Shown here: piece after piece, positions 9,871 through 23,021 of the stretch
Layout of the letters: each line of letters opens with the position of its first letter
Numbering within the stretch: position 1 is the stretch's first letter
NCBI GenBank assembly: GCA_963831535.1
Contig: CAWHQP010000003.1
Span: 131,366-195,365 of the forward strand
Origin: an uncultured Acidimicrobiaceae bacterium
GTDB taxonomy: Bacteria; Actinomycetota; Acidimicrobiia; Acidimicrobiales; RAAP-2
Reading direction: 5' to 3'
DNA: 64,000 nt
Program-made: the position numbers and the translations under genes
The notes under the pieces: generated by a model
What the model saw: the letters and a program-made list of their open reading frames with translations, nothing else
Databases searched by the model: none
Told to the model about the DNA's origin: nothing

Positions 9871-11172
9871 GTGCCTCTGGCCTCCCTGCGCCCGCTCCGA
9901 TCGCGGAACTTCGCACTCATCTGGTCGGCCGCCCTGGTGTCCAACGTCGGCTCGTGGATGCAGACCGTGGCCCTCGGCGTGCTCGTCTTCGCCCGCACCG
10001 ACCAACCGGTCTGGACCGGCCTCGTGGCCGCGGCAGCCTTCGTCCCCATCGGTCTCCTCGCCCCGCTGGGTGGGGCCCTAGCCGATCGGCTGGACCGCCG
10101 ACGGTGGCTGATCGTCACCACCGTGGCCGAGATGGCCTTCGCCACCGTGTTGGCCCTCCTGGCCGCCACGGGCCACGACCCGCCGGCCGTCCTGGTGGTG
10201 CTGGCTTTCTGCGGCGGGGCCTCGGGCGCCATCGGGTTCCCGGCCTTCCAGGCCATGGTGCCCGACCTCGTCCCCACCGAGGACCTCCTCGGTGCGGTCT
10301 CGTTGTCTTCGGCCCAGTTCAACCTGGGCCGGGTCATCGGACCGGCGCTAGCCGGTCTGGCCCTCCTGACCCACGACTACGGGCTGGTGTTCGGGGCCAA
10401 CGCCGCCTCCTTCGCCGCCGTAGTCGTGGCCCTGGTCATGGTCCGGCTGCCCAGGCCGGTACGGGCACCGAAGGAGTTGGGCCTGGTGGCCCGCCTGGCT
10501 GTCGGGGCCCGGGTGGCGGCCGCCGAGCCGGGGTGTCGTGCCGCCATCCAGTTGATCGCCGTGGTGGCCCTCCTGGCGTCGCCGTTCATCGCCCTTGTGC
10601 CGGCCATGTCCGGGGTGCTCGACCGCGGCGGCGTGAGCACGTCGGTGGGCACGGCCATCTTGGTCACCGCCCAGGGGATCGGTGCGGTGGCCGGTGCCCT
10701 CGTGCTGCCAACCCTCGCCGAGCGGGTGGGGCGACGGGCCGTGGTCGGCGCCGCCCTCTTCGTGTTGCCCGTGCTGCTCGTGCTGTACGGTCTGGCCCCG
10801 ACCCTGTGGTTGTCCGCCGTGGCCTTCCTCGCCGTGGGTGCGGGGTACATCGTCGTGCTGTCGGGGCTCAACACCGTGGTCCAGCTGCGGGCACCCGCCG
10901 CCGTGCGCGGTCGGGTCCTGTCGATCTACATGATGGGTCTGGGCATCATCTATCCCATCGGAGCGGTGCTCCAGGGCGGGCTGGCCGACCACGCCGGTGT
11001 GCGGACAGTGACCGTGGCCGGTGCGGCGATCATGCTGGCCACCATGGCGGCCATCGCCGTCTTCCACCCGTCCACCTTCACCGCCCTCGGCGACGGTTCC
11101 GCCCCGACCGTGGCCGGGGCCACGGTCGTCAGGCCCACCGACTCCCTCCACCTCACCGAGGAGTGCCCGTGA
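9871..11172 (+). CDS. MFS transporter (EntS / MFS_3-like)
   Basis: Intact ORF 9871..11172, 433 aa: MPLASLRPLRSRNFALIWSAALVSNVGSWMQTVALGVLV...ADRLDRRRWLI. About 12 hydrophobic segments are present. Confidence 0.85.
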   Translation: MPLASLRPLRSRNFALIWSAALVSNVGSWMQTVALGVLVFARTDQPVWTGLVAAAAFVPIGLLAPLGGALADRLDRRRWLIVTTVAEMAFATVLALLAATGHDPPAVLVVLAFCGGASGAIGFPAFQAMVPDLVPTEDLLGAVSLSSAQFNLGRVIGPALAGLALLTHDYGLVFGANAASFAAVVVALVMVRLPRPVRAPKELGLVARLAVGARVAAAEPGCRAAIQLIAVVALLASPFIALVPAMSGVLDRGGVSTSVGTAILVTAQGIGAVAGALVLPTLAERVGRRAVVGAALFVLPVLLVLYGLAPTLWLSAVAFLAVGAGYIVVLSGLNTVVQLRAPAAVRGRVLSIYMMGLGIIYPIGAVLQGGLADHAGVRTVTVAGAAIMLATMAAIAVFHPSTFTALGDGSAPTVAGATVVRPTDSLHLTEECP

Positions 11173-11197
11173 CCGACGCGCGTGGACCACCGTCGAG

Positions 11198-12571
11198 GTG
11201 GTGACGGCAGCCGAGGCCGAGCCGGCGCAACGCCGGGCGGCCGGTGCCCTGCTGGCCTCGGGGCTCGGCCCCGGGGACCGGGTGGCCTTCAGCCTGCCGT
11301 CCTCGTCGGCCCTCCTCTGTGCGGTGCTCGGGGCCCTCCGTGTCGGCGTGGTTCCGGTACTCCTCAACGCCACCCTGCTCGACGACGAGCGGCACGCTCT
11401 GGTGGCCGACGCCCAGCCGAAGCTCGTGATCGCCGACCGGGACGGTCTGGCCGCCCTGGACTCCGGTTCCCCGGTCGAACTGGCGCCGTACCCGCTGGCC
11501 CGCCCGATGCACTACACCTCGGGCACCACCGGCCGGAGCAAGGGCGTCTGGTCGGGGGTGTGGAGCCCCGAGGAGGCCGCGGCGGCGTTCGCCGACGAGG
11601 CCGACCTGTGGTCGTTCGGTCCTGACGACGTGCACCTGGTGTGCTCGCCCATGTACCACTCGGTGTCGATCCGGTTCGCCGGCGGCACGCTGGTGGCCGG
11701 GGGCACGTGCGTGGTGCTCAGTCGCTTCGACGCCGAGGTGGCCCGGGAGGTCCTCGATGGTCGGCGAGGCCCGAGGCCGACCACGACGTTCATGGCGCCG
11801 GCGGCACTCGGGCGCCTGCTGGCCGTGGTGGCCGGCACCGGGGTGCGCTTCTCGAGCCTGCGCCTGCTGGTCCATGCCGGTTCCCCCTGCCCCCCGTCCC
11901 TCAAGCGGTCGGCCCTGGCCCGGGTGGACCCCGGGGTGCTGTGGGAGTTCTACGGCTCCACCGAGGGCCAGTTCACGGTGTGCTCACCCGAGGAGTGGAC
12001 GGCCCGCCCGGGCACGGTGGGCCGGGCCCGGCCCGGTCGCACCCTTTCGGTGGACGACGACGGGACCATCTGGTGCCGGCCGCCGGGATTCGCCCGGTTC
12101 CGCTACTGGGGGGACGACGCCAAGACCAAGAGTGCCTGGCGGGACGGCGCCTTCACGGTCGGCGACCTCGGACGGCTGGACGCGGACGGCTACCTCTTCA
12201 TCGACGGGCGTCGGGACGACCTCATCATCACCGGGGGGGTCAACGTCTATCCGGCGGAGGTGGAGGCGGCCCTGGCCGGCGTGGACGGTGTGGCCGAGAT
12301 CGCCGTCTACGGAATGGACGACGACCACTGGGGCCAGCGTGTCGCCGCGGCGGTGGTGAGGTCGGAGCCGAGGTCGCGAGCTGGGGGGCACGATGCCGAC
12401 GCCGACGCCCGGGTGCTGGCGGCCGTGGCCGACTGCGCCGAGGCCCAGCTGGCCGCCTACAAACGACCCAAGGAGTACGTGGTGGTGGATGCCCTACCCA
12501 GGACGGCCACCGGCAAGCTGCAGCGCGGTCTGATCCCCGACCTCCTGGCGCACCCGCCTGAGCCGGACTGA
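11198..12571 (+). CDS. AMP-dependent acyl-CoA synthetase/ligase (FadD-like)
   Basis: This is the 3' part of ORF 11021..12571. The first GTG after the MFS stop is at 11198. The AMP-binding motif MHYTSGTTGRSKGV is present, followed by YGSTEG, GDLGRLDADGYLFIDGRRDDLIITGGVNVYPAEVE and a C-terminal PRTATGKLQR. The start codon is uncertain by a few codons. Confidence 0.85.
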   Translation: MVTAAEAEPAQRRAAGALLASGLGPGDRVAFSLPSSSALLCAVLGALRVGVVPVLLNATLLDDERHALVADAQPKLVIADRDGLAALDSGSPVELAPYPLARPMHYTSGTTGRSKGVWSGVWSPEEAAAAFADEADLWSFGPDDVHLVCSPMYHSVSIRFAGGTLVAGGTCVVLSRFDAEVAREVLDGRRGPRPTTTFMAPAALGRLLAVVAGTGVRFSSLRLLVHAGSPCPPSLKRSALARVDPGVLWEFYGSTEGQFTVCSPEEWTARPGTVGRARPGRTLSVDDDGTIWCRPPGFARFRYWGDDAKTKSAWRDGAFTVGDLGRLDADGYLFIDGRRDDLIITGGVNVYPAEVEAALAGVDGVAEIAVYGMDDDHWGQRVAAAVVRSEPRSRAGGHDADADARVLAAVADCAEAQLAAYKRPKEYVVVDALPRTATGKLQRGLIPDLLAHPPEPD

Positions 12572-12633
12572 CCGTTCGGCGGTATGTCCCGGAGCCACCC
12601 CGGAGGCGTCCGAGGCCAATCGGGGCCGGTGAG

Positions 12634-14055
12634 GTGGGCGATACTGGGGAGATGAGCCCTGCCGATGCCGGTCCCCCCATCGCCACCGTCAATCCCGCCA
12701 CCGGCCAGCTGGTGGAGTCCTTCGAGCCCTACGACCGCGCCGCCGTCGAGCGGCGGCTGGCCGCCGCCGCCGCCGCCGCCCCGCGGTGGGCCCGGAGCAC
12801 CTTCGAGGAGCGGTCCCGGCTGCTCCTCACGGTGGCCGAACTCCTCGAGGGCGAAGTTCCCGACATCGCCCACGTGGTCACCACCGAGATGGGCAAGCCC
12901 TTCGCCCAGGCCAAGGGGGAGGTGGCCAAGTGCGCCAGTGGATTCCGGTGGTTCGCCGAGCACGCCGAGGCCATGCTCACCGACGAGGAGGTCCCTGTCG
13001 ACGCCTCGCTCGGGCTGGTGACCTACCAGCCCCTCGGCGCCATCCTGGCCATCATGCCGTGGAACTTCCCCCTGTGGCAGGTGGTGCGCTTCCTGGCCCC
13101 CGCTCTGATGGTGGGCAACGTGGGCCTGTTGAAGCACGCACCGAGCGTGCCCCGAACCGCCCTGCTGCTGGAGGACCTGTTGCGCCGGGCCGGCGCCCCT
13201 GACGGGGTCTTCCAGACCCTGTTGGTGGGCACCGACCAGGTGCCGGCCATCATCGCCGACCCGAGGGTGGCGGGCGTCACCCTCACCGGCAGCGTGGGGG
13301 CCGGGCGGGCCGTCGCCGCCCAGGCCGGCGCGGTGGGCAAGAAGGTGGTGCTCGAGCTCGGGGGCAGCGACCCCTTCATCGTCCTGCCCTCGGCCGACCT
13401 CGATCGGGCGGTCTCGGTCGGCATCAGCGCCCGGGTCCAGAACGCCGGTCAGTCCTGCATCGCGGCCAAGCGCTTCATCGTCCACCGTGACGTGGCCGAG
13501 GCGTTCACCGAGGGATTCGTGGCCGGCATGGCCGCCCTCTCGGTCGGGGACCCTTTCGACCCGGCCACCGAGGTCGGCCCGCTGGTCACCGCGGCGGCCT
13601 GCGACACCATCGCCGCCCAGGTGGAGGACGCCCGAGCCCATGGTGCGGCCATCCTGTGTGGCGGCGAGCGGGTGGTCGGGCCCGGAGGCCCCGAGCACCC
13701 CGGCTACTTCTACCGCCCGACGGTCATCTCCCACATCACTCCGGCCATGCGGGTGGCCACCGAGGAGGTGTTCGGCCCGGTGGCCCTCCTCTACACTGTG
13801 GCCGACGCCGACGAGGCCCTGGCCCTGGCCAACGGCACCGAGTTCGGGTTGGGTTCGAGCGTGTGGACCCACGATCCCGACGAGCAGCAGCGGTTCGTCA
13901 CCGAGTTGCAGGCAGGACAGGTCTTCGTCAACGGCATGGTGGTCTCCATGCCCGAACTTCCCTTCGGCGGCATCAAGAGCTCCGGGGTCGGTCGCGAGCT
14001 GGCCTCCTTTGGCCTGCATGAGTTCTGCAACGTGAAGACCGTCTGGGTGGCCTGA
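12634..14055 (+). CDS. Aldehyde dehydrogenase, succinate-semialdehyde dehydrogenase-like
   Basis: Intact ORF 12634..14055, 473 aa: PIATVNPATGQLVESFEPY...MPWNFPLWQV...LTGSVGAGRAV...LELGGSDPFIV...NAGQSCIAAKR...EEVFGPV. ATG at 12652 is an alternative start. Confidence 0.85.
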   Translation: MGDTGEMSPADAGPPIATVNPATGQLVESFEPYDRAAVERRLAAAAAAAPRWARSTFEERSRLLLTVAELLEGEVPDIAHVVTTEMGKPFAQAKGEVAKCASGFRWFAEHAEAMLTDEEVPVDASLGLVTYQPLGAILAIMPWNFPLWQVVRFLAPALMVGNVGLLKHAPSVPRTALLLEDLLRRAGAPDGVFQTLLVGTDQVPAIIADPRVAGVTLTGSVGAGRAVAAQAGAVGKKVVLELGGSDPFIVLPSADLDRAVSVGISARVQNAGQSCIAAKRFIVHRDVAEAFTEGFVAGMAALSVGDPFDPATEVGPLVTAAACDTIAAQVEDARAHGAAILCGGERVVGPGGPEHPGYFYRPTVISHITPAMRVATEEVFGPVALLYTVADADEALALANGTEFGLGSSVWTHDPDEQQRFVTELQAGQVFVNGMVVSMPELPFGGIKSSGVGRELASFGLHEFCNVKTVWVA

Positions 14056-15248
14056 TGACCCCAGGGCGGCCGGGTGCGGTCGGGTCCGGACCGGTCCGGA
14101 CCTATCTCGACCATGCCGCCACCACCCCCATGGCCCCCGAGGCGGTGGAGGCCATGCTGCCCTTCCTGGCCGGCGTGTTCGGCAACCCGTCGGGAGGGCA
14201 TGCTGAGTCCCGCCTCGCCCGCCGGGCCGTCGACGACGCCCGCCAGCAGGTGGCCACCTCGTTCGGGGTCGACCTCGGCGACGTGGTCTTCACCGGCAGC
14301 GGAACCGAGTCCGACAACCTCGCCGTGGTGGGCGGTTGGGAGAGCCGGTCCGGCGGCGACCACCCCCCATCGGTCCTGGTGTGCGCGGCCATGGAGCATC
14401 ACGCCGTGCTCACCACCTGCCGGTCCCTGGCCCGCCGCACGGGGGCCGAACTGCGTGAGGTGCCGACGGGCAAGGACGGACTGGTGGACCTCGAGGCCCT
14501 GGCCGAGGCGTGCACGTCGGAGGTGGGCCTGGTGTCCGTGATGGCGGTCAACAACGAGATCGGCACGGTTCAACCGCTCCAGCAGGTGTCCGTCCTGGTG
14601 CGCTCCGGTTCCCCGCATGCCCTCTTCCACACCGATGCCGTGCAGTCCGTACCCTGGCTCGAGACGACCCCGCTGGCCACGTGGGCCGACCTGGTATCCA
14701 TCAGTGGCCACAAGTTCGGCGGGCCGAAGGGAGTGGGCGCCCTCGTGGTGGCGCCCGGGGTGGTCATCGGGCCCCACATTCTCGGTGGCGGCCAGGAGCG
14801 CGATCGTCGGAGCGGTACCCACAACGTGGCCGGGATCGTGGCCACGGCGGAGGCCCTGACGGATCACCGAGGCGGCGCGTCCGACCACGGTGGCCAGGGT
14901 GGCCACCCTTCGGGACCGGCTGGGAGACGGGATCCTGGCCACGGTGTCCGATTCGGTCGAGACCGGGGACCGCAGGGACAAGGTGGCCGGATCGCTGCAT
15001 CTCCGCTTCGCCGGCATCGAGGCCGAGGCGCTGGTGGTCCTGCTCGACCAGCTGGGCGTGGCCGTATCGGCCGGGGCGGCGTGCTCGAGCGGTGCCGTCG
15101 AGGTGAGCCACGTGCTCGGCTCGATGGGCCTGCCACCCGGGGAGGCGGCCAGCGGCATCCGGTTCTCGCTCGGGGCAACCAGCCGTGAGGAGGACATCAC
15201 CACGCCCTGGCCGTGGTGCCGGACGCCGTCGCCCAGCTGCGAGACTGA
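14055..15248 (+). pseudogene. iscS: Cysteine desulfurase (IscS/NifS class V aminotransferase); two frameshifts
   Basis: ORF 14055..15188 gives RTYLDHAATTPMAPEAVEAM...GNPSGGHAES...HTDAVQSVPW...SISGHKFGGPKGVGAL (PLP lysine)...RRSGTHNVAGIV. After about 14860 the sense continues in ORF 14890..15879 (ARVATLRDRLGDGI...HLRFAGIEAEALVVLLDQLGVAVSAGAACSSG...IRFSLGATSREEDI). After about 15200 it returns to the first frame (HALAVVPDAVAQLRD*, TGA 15246-15248). The start overlaps the ALDH stop as TGATG. Confidence 0.8.
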
Positions 15249-15252
15249 ACCG

Positions 15253-18453
<3,201 letters not shown>

Positions 18454-18528
18454 GGGCGGGCCCGCCACGGACGCGGCCCGACCCTCCACCGCTTCGGTGT
18501 CGGGCCTCGGTACCCTGTACGAAGAATC

Positions 18529-20526
18529 ATGCCGAGTATCACCGACTCCATCGGGCGTGTCCTCGGCGACCGCTACCGACTGGTCACCGCCCTGGGTACC
18601 GGTGCGTCTGCGCACGTGTACCTGGCCGACGACGTCTCGCTCCATCGGCGGGTGGCCATCAAGGTGCTCCATCCCGCACTGGCCGGTGACGCCAACTTCC
18701 TCAAGCGCTTCCGGGCCGAGGCCCGGGCCGTGGCCGCCCTCAACCATCCCAACATCCTCCAGGTCTACGACTGGGGCGAGGAGCACGACGAGCCGTACCT
18801 GGTGCTCGAGTACCTGGCCGGGGGCAGCCTCCGCCAGGTCTACGACACCGGGGCCCTGCTCACGCCGGAGCAGGCCGTCCGGATCGGCCTGCAGGCCGCG
18901 GCCGGGCTGGACTACGCCCACCGGCGGGGTTTGATCCACCGGGACATCAAGCCGGCCAATCTCCTCTTCGACGCCGACGGGCGCCTGCGGATCGCCGACT
19001 TCGGGCTGGCCCGGGCCCTGGCCGAGGCGGCGTGGACCGAGCCGGATGGAGCCATCCTGGGCACGGCGCGCTACGCCGCCCCCGAGCAGGTCGAGGGGTG
19101 GGTGCTGGACGGGAAGGCCGACGTCTACGCCCTGGCCCTGGTCCTCTACGAGGGCGTGACCGGCGAGACGCCGTTCATCGGCGACACCACCATCGCCACC
19201 CTGATGGCCCGGGTCGGCGCCCTGCTGCCCGAGCATGACGCCCTGGGCCCGCTCAACGACGTCCTGGTGTGGGCGGCGGCCCCCGAGCCTTCCGAGCGCT
19301 TCGATGCCGCCCAGTTGTCCCTCCGCCTCGAGGAGTTGGCGGCCATCCTCCCCGACCCCCTCCCCATCCCCATTGTGGACGCCGTCCCGGTCGACGAGGT
19401 CGAGGGCCTGGAAAAGGTCATGGTCCGGCCTGCCCATCGGGCCCCGCTCAACGGGCTGGCCCCGGACACCACCGAACTCGGGGTTCCTGCCGTGGCCGGC
19501 GCCACCACGACCGCAGGAAAGTCCCCGTCGCTGAAGCAGCAGAAAAAAGAGCTGAAGCGCTCGACGGGCCGTCGTCCCAGTGCCTCCACCGGCGGCATCC
19601 GTCCCCGGCGGCGACGGTGGCCCTGGGGAGTGGCCATCGCGGTGGCCGTGGTCGCCCTCCTGGCCGGCGGGGCCGTGCTGGCCGTACAGGCCAAGCTGTT
19701 CACGCCCAGCCACCCGGTGCCATCGCTGCTCGGCCAGACCGTGCCCCAGGCCCGTCTCGCCGTCAAGGCCGACAAGTTCTCCGTGCGGACCACCGGTCAT
19801 GCCTCCAGCATCACGGTGGGCCCCGGGCTGATCCTGAGCCAGAAGCCCACGCCGCGCTCGGGCGGTCACGTGACGACGGCCAAGCAGGGGTCGACCATCG
19901 GCGTGGTCGTCTCCACCGGACCGCCACCGGTGGGCATTCCCCCACTGGGTTCGTTCACCAGTTGCGCTGGGGCGGTGGCCGCGCTGAAGGCTGTCCACCT
20001 GGTGGGCGTGTGCCCGGCCACGGCCCAGCAGTACAGCTCGACCGTGGTGGCCGGGGCCGTGCTCGGCAGCACCCCGACCGGGACCGCTCCCTACGGCTCG
20101 ACGGTGACCATCGCCACCTCGAAGGGCCATGCCCCGGTGGCCATCCCCACCGTCACCGCCTCGGGCTCCACCTACACGACGGCTGCCGCCGCCCTCACCG
20201 CCGCCGGCTTCGTGCCCAGCCAGAACAACGAGTACAGCCCCACGGTGCCGACCGGCCAGGTCATCGGCACCACCCCCGACCCGTCGGCCGGTCCCCAGCC
20301 ATTCGGTTCCAAGGTCAGCGTGAACATCTCCCTCGGACCCCAGCCGGTGATCATCCCCAACGTGGACGGTCAGTCGGTCACCGCGGCCACCAGCGCCCTC
20401 GGTGCGCTCGGACTCAAGGTGTCCGGCCCTTACGGACCCCCCGGGGCCACGACCGTGCTGTCCACCGATCCGGCGGCGGGAACCTCGGTCCAGCCTGGCA
20501 CCACCGTGAACATCTACACCCTGTGA
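18529..20526 (+). CDS. Ser/Thr protein kinase with four extracellular PASTA repeats (PknB-like)
   Basis: Intact ORF, 665 aa. The kinase core has GTGASAHVYLA...VAIKVL...HRDIKPANLL...DFGLARA. It is followed by a Pro/Arg linker and a single TM (WGVAIAVAVVALLAGGAVLAV). Four repeats of about 65 aa of the PASTA type follow, each ending in ...G(S/T)xVxxxxS-G. Confidence 0.9.
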   Translation: MPSITDSIGRVLGDRYRLVTALGTGASAHVYLADDVSLHRRVAIKVLHPALAGDANFLKRFRAEARAVAALNHPNILQVYDWGEEHDEPYLVLEYLAGGSLRQVYDTGALLTPEQAVRIGLQAAAGLDYAHRRGLIHRDIKPANLLFDADGRLRIADFGLARALAEAAWTEPDGAILGTARYAAPEQVEGWVLDGKADVYALALVLYEGVTGETPFIGDTTIATLMARVGALLPEHDALGPLNDVLVWAAAPEPSERFDAAQLSLRLEELAAILPDPLPIPIVDAVPVDEVEGLEKVMVRPAHRAPLNGLAPDTTELGVPAVAGATTTAGKSPSLKQQKKELKRSTGRRPSASTGGIRPRRRRWPWGVAIAVAVVALLAGGAVLAVQAKLFTPSHPVPSLLGQTVPQARLAVKADKFSVRTTGHASSITVGPGLILSQKPTPRSGGHVTTAKQGSTIGVVVSTGPPPVGIPPLGSFTSCAGAVAALKAVHLVGVCPATAQQYSSTVVAGAVLGSTPTGTAPYGSTVTIATSKGHAPVAIPTVTASGSTYTTAAAALTAAGFVPSQNNEYSPTVPTGQVIGTTPDPSAGPQPFGSKVSVNISLGPQPVIIPNVDGQSVTAATSALGALGLKVSGPYGPPGATTVLSTDPAAGTSVQPGTTVNIYTL

Positions 20527-20834
20527 GCCCGGCTTCTGCGGACTGCGAGCTGTGCGAGGCGGCCCGGATCACCGAGTGGTTCCACGAGGACGACATCTGC
20601 TGGGTGGCGGCCTGCGAGGTGTGCGACGTGCCCATGGTGGTGTGGAAGGAGCACGGCAACGAACCCCCCGAGGTGGAGGTCGACCACATGCTGGAGCAAC
20701 TGGGACGGGTGGCCGACGAGCGTTTGGGCACCGGCGTGTGGTCCTTCGACCGGGTCATGCGCCAGATCCCCGACCACTTCCACGCCCACGCCCGCGACCC
20801 GGACTGGTGGTTCCGACGGTTCGGGCGGCGGTGA
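20523..20834 (+). CDS. Small HIT-like (histidine-triad-like) protein with CxxC pairs
   Basis: In-frame GTG at 20523 in the tail of ORF 19269..20834, overlapping the kinase stop as GTGA. The 103-aa product is VSPASADCELCEAARITEWFHEDDICWVAACEVCDVPMVVWKEHG...QIPDHFHAHARDPDWW. The layout is an N-terminal CxxC, then an xEDD strand, then a C-terminal H-x-H-x-H (HFHAH). That mirrors HIT-family proteins but is much shorter. The assignment rests on motifs only. Confidence 0.55.
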   Translation: MSPASADCELCEAARITEWFHEDDICWVAACEVCDVPMVVWKEHGNEPPEVEVDHMLEQLGRVADERLGTGVWSFDRVMRQIPDHFHAHARDPDWWFRRFGRR

Positions 20835-20904
20835 CCGTGCCCGTTCCGGTGTCCACGCAGTTCCCGTACGGACGCGCGCCGGCCACCGTGGTCATCCATC
20901 CGCG

Positions 20905-22035
20905 GTGATCAAGTACCTGGGTTCGAAGCGGCGGTTGGTCCCGGCCCTCACCGAGCTGGCCCGGGCCTCGGGGGCCCGCACCGGGCTCGACCTGTTCTGC
21001 GGGACCACCCGGGTGGCCCAGGCCTGGAAGGCCTCGGGCATGGAGGTCACGGCGGTGGACACCACGCGGGTGGCCCACGTGCTGGCCCGGTGCTACGTAG
21101 CCACCGACCCCGATGTCCGCTCCGGGTTCCGGGGCGAACTGACCGGGGCGATCGAACACCTGAACGGCCTGGAGGGGCGTCCGGGGTACGTGGCCGCCAC
21201 CTTCTGTGAGGCGTCGAGGTTCTTCCGACCCGAGAACGGTGCCCGGATCGACGCCGTCCGGGACGCCATCGAGTCCGACTATGTCGGCACCGACCTGTGG
21301 CCGGTGCTGGTGACCAGCCTGCTCGAGGCGGCCGACCGGGTCGACTCCACCACCGGCCTCCAGATGGCCTACCTGAAACAGTGGGCCGACCGGGCCCGAC
21401 ATCCCCTTTTGCTCCGGGTCCCCGAGCTCCTGGCCGGGCCGGGACGGGCGGTGCGGGGGGACGCGGTCTCCCTGGTCGGTTCGCCCCTGCTCGGGGAGGT
21501 CGATCTGGCCTATCTCGATCCGCCGTACAACCAGCACCGCTACGACTCCAACTACCACGTGTGGGAGACCATCGTGGCCTGGGATCAGCCCACCTTCTAC
21601 GGCGTGGCCTGCAAGCGCGACGACCTCCGTGACCCGGAGCAACGGAGTGCCTTCAACGGGCGTCGGACCATGCCGGTGGCGCTGGAGCGGGTGGTGGAGG
21701 GGGTCCGGGCCGAGGTCGTGATCCTCTCCTACAACAACGAGTCGTGGCTGACCTTCGAGGAGCTCCACGAACTGTGTGCTGGCCGGGGCCACGTGGCCGT
21801 GCTGGCCTTCGACTCGGCCCGGTACGTGGGGGCGCGGATCGGCATCCACAACCCGGCCGGACGCAAGGTGGGCACGGTCTCCCATCTCCGCAACACCGAA
21901 TACATGGTGGTGGTCGGGGACCGGGCCCAGGTGCGGCGGATGGTGGCGGCGGTCACCGCCGCGGACCTGGGTCGCCTGGTGGACCGGCCGGTCCCGCTGG
22001 TCATCCGGCCCGGGGAGGAAGCGGTGCCGGTTTGA
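20905..22035 (+). CDS. N6-adenine DNA methyltransferase, D12 (Dam) class; no partner nuclease visible
   Basis: Intact ORF, 376 aa: MIKYLGSKRRLVPAL (motif X-like), DLFCGTTRVA (AdoMet FxGxG) and AYLDPPYNQHRYDSNYHVWE (catalytic DPPY). The flanking genes are a HIT-like protein and an SDR. Confidence 0.85.
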   Translation: MIKYLGSKRRLVPALTELARASGARTGLDLFCGTTRVAQAWKASGMEVTAVDTTRVAHVLARCYVATDPDVRSGFRGELTGAIEHLNGLEGRPGYVAATFCEASRFFRPENGARIDAVRDAIESDYVGTDLWPVLVTSLLEAADRVDSTTGLQMAYLKQWADRARHPLLLRVPELLAGPGRAVRGDAVSLVGSPLLGEVDLAYLDPPYNQHRYDSNYHVWETIVAWDQPTFYGVACKRDDLRDPEQRSAFNGRRTMPVALERVVEGVRAEVVILSYNNESWLTFEELHELCAGRGHVAVLAFDSARYVGARIGIHNPAGRKVGTVSHLRNTEYMVVVGDRAQVRRMVAAVTAADLGRLVDRPVPLVIRPGEEAVPV

Positions 22036-22135
22036 CCGGGTAGCAGACCCCCTGCCAACGTGTTCCGACGCCGGCGGGATGCCACTCCAGGCGCGCCGCC
22101 CATCATCCGCGCAGGCACCAGAGGGGGACGACCAC

Positions 22136-23019
22136 ATGGGAGCACTCAGCGGGCGCACCGCCATCATCACCGGTGCCGGTCGTGGCATCGGGCGGGAGCA
22201 CGCCCTGCTCTTCGCCGCGGAGGGGGCCAACGTGGTGGTCAACGACCTCGGCGGTGCCGTGGACGGCTCGGGAGATGACCGTTCGCCGGCCCAGCAGGTG
22301 GTGGACGAGATCACCGCGGCCGGCGGCCAGGCCGTGGCCAACGCCGAAGACGTGTGCGATTGGGAGGGCGGCAAGCGCCTCGTCGACACCGCGGTGGAGA
22401 CCTTCGGGGACCTCCACATCCTGGTCAACAACGCCGGCATCCTCCGCGACCGGGTGCTCGTGAACATGTCCGAGGCCGAGTGGGACTCGGTCGTCCACGT
22501 CCACTTGAAGGGGCACTTCGTCCCCACCCGGCACGCCGCCGCGTACTGGCGCGAGCAGACCAAGGCCGGCAGGGAGGTCAGAGCGTCGGTGATCAACACC
22601 TCGTCGACCTCGGGACTGTTGGGCAATCCGGGCCAGTCCAACTATGGGGCGGCCAAAGCCGGGATCGCCGCCTTCACGGTCATCGCGGCCGAAGAGCTGA
22701 TCCGCTACGGGGTCCGGGTCAATGCCATTGCTCCGGCCGGCCGCGCACCCGGATGACCGAGCAGACCCCGGGGCTCTCCGACATCGTCCGGGCTCCACGG
22801 GATGCCGCCGAGTTCGACAGCTGGGATCCCGCCAACGTGTCGCCCCTGGTCGCTTACCTGGCCACCGAAGAGTGTCCGGCCACCGGCAGGGTCTTCTTCG
22901 TCCAGGGCGGACAGGTCCGCCTCTTCCAGCCCTGGACCATGACCGAGTCCATCGACAAGGACGACGACCGCTGGACGGTGTCCGAACTGGCCGCGGAGAT
23001 GCACCGACTCGGAGGCTGA
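22136..23019 (+). pseudogene. SDR-family oxidoreductase (about 290 aa actinobacterial type); one frameshift
   Basis: ATG 22136 follows the SD-like GAGGGGGA. ORF 21776..22756 gives MGALSGRTAIITGAGRGIGREHALLFAAEGANVVVNDLGG...NNAGILRD...SNYGAAKAGIAAFT...VRVNAIAPA. From about 22740 it continues in ORF 22354..23019: RTRMTEQTPGL...VSPLVAYLATEECPATGRVFFVQGGQV. The junction sits in a CGCGC dinucleotide run. Confidence 0.8.
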
Positions 23020-23021
23020 GT

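Noticed and set aside
20905-22035. Restriction-modification system
   Set aside because: Only the methyltransferase is present. Its neighbours are a HIT-like mini-protein and an SDR. No nuclease, specificity or helicase gene lies within several kb, so I call it an orphan methylase rather than an R-M system.
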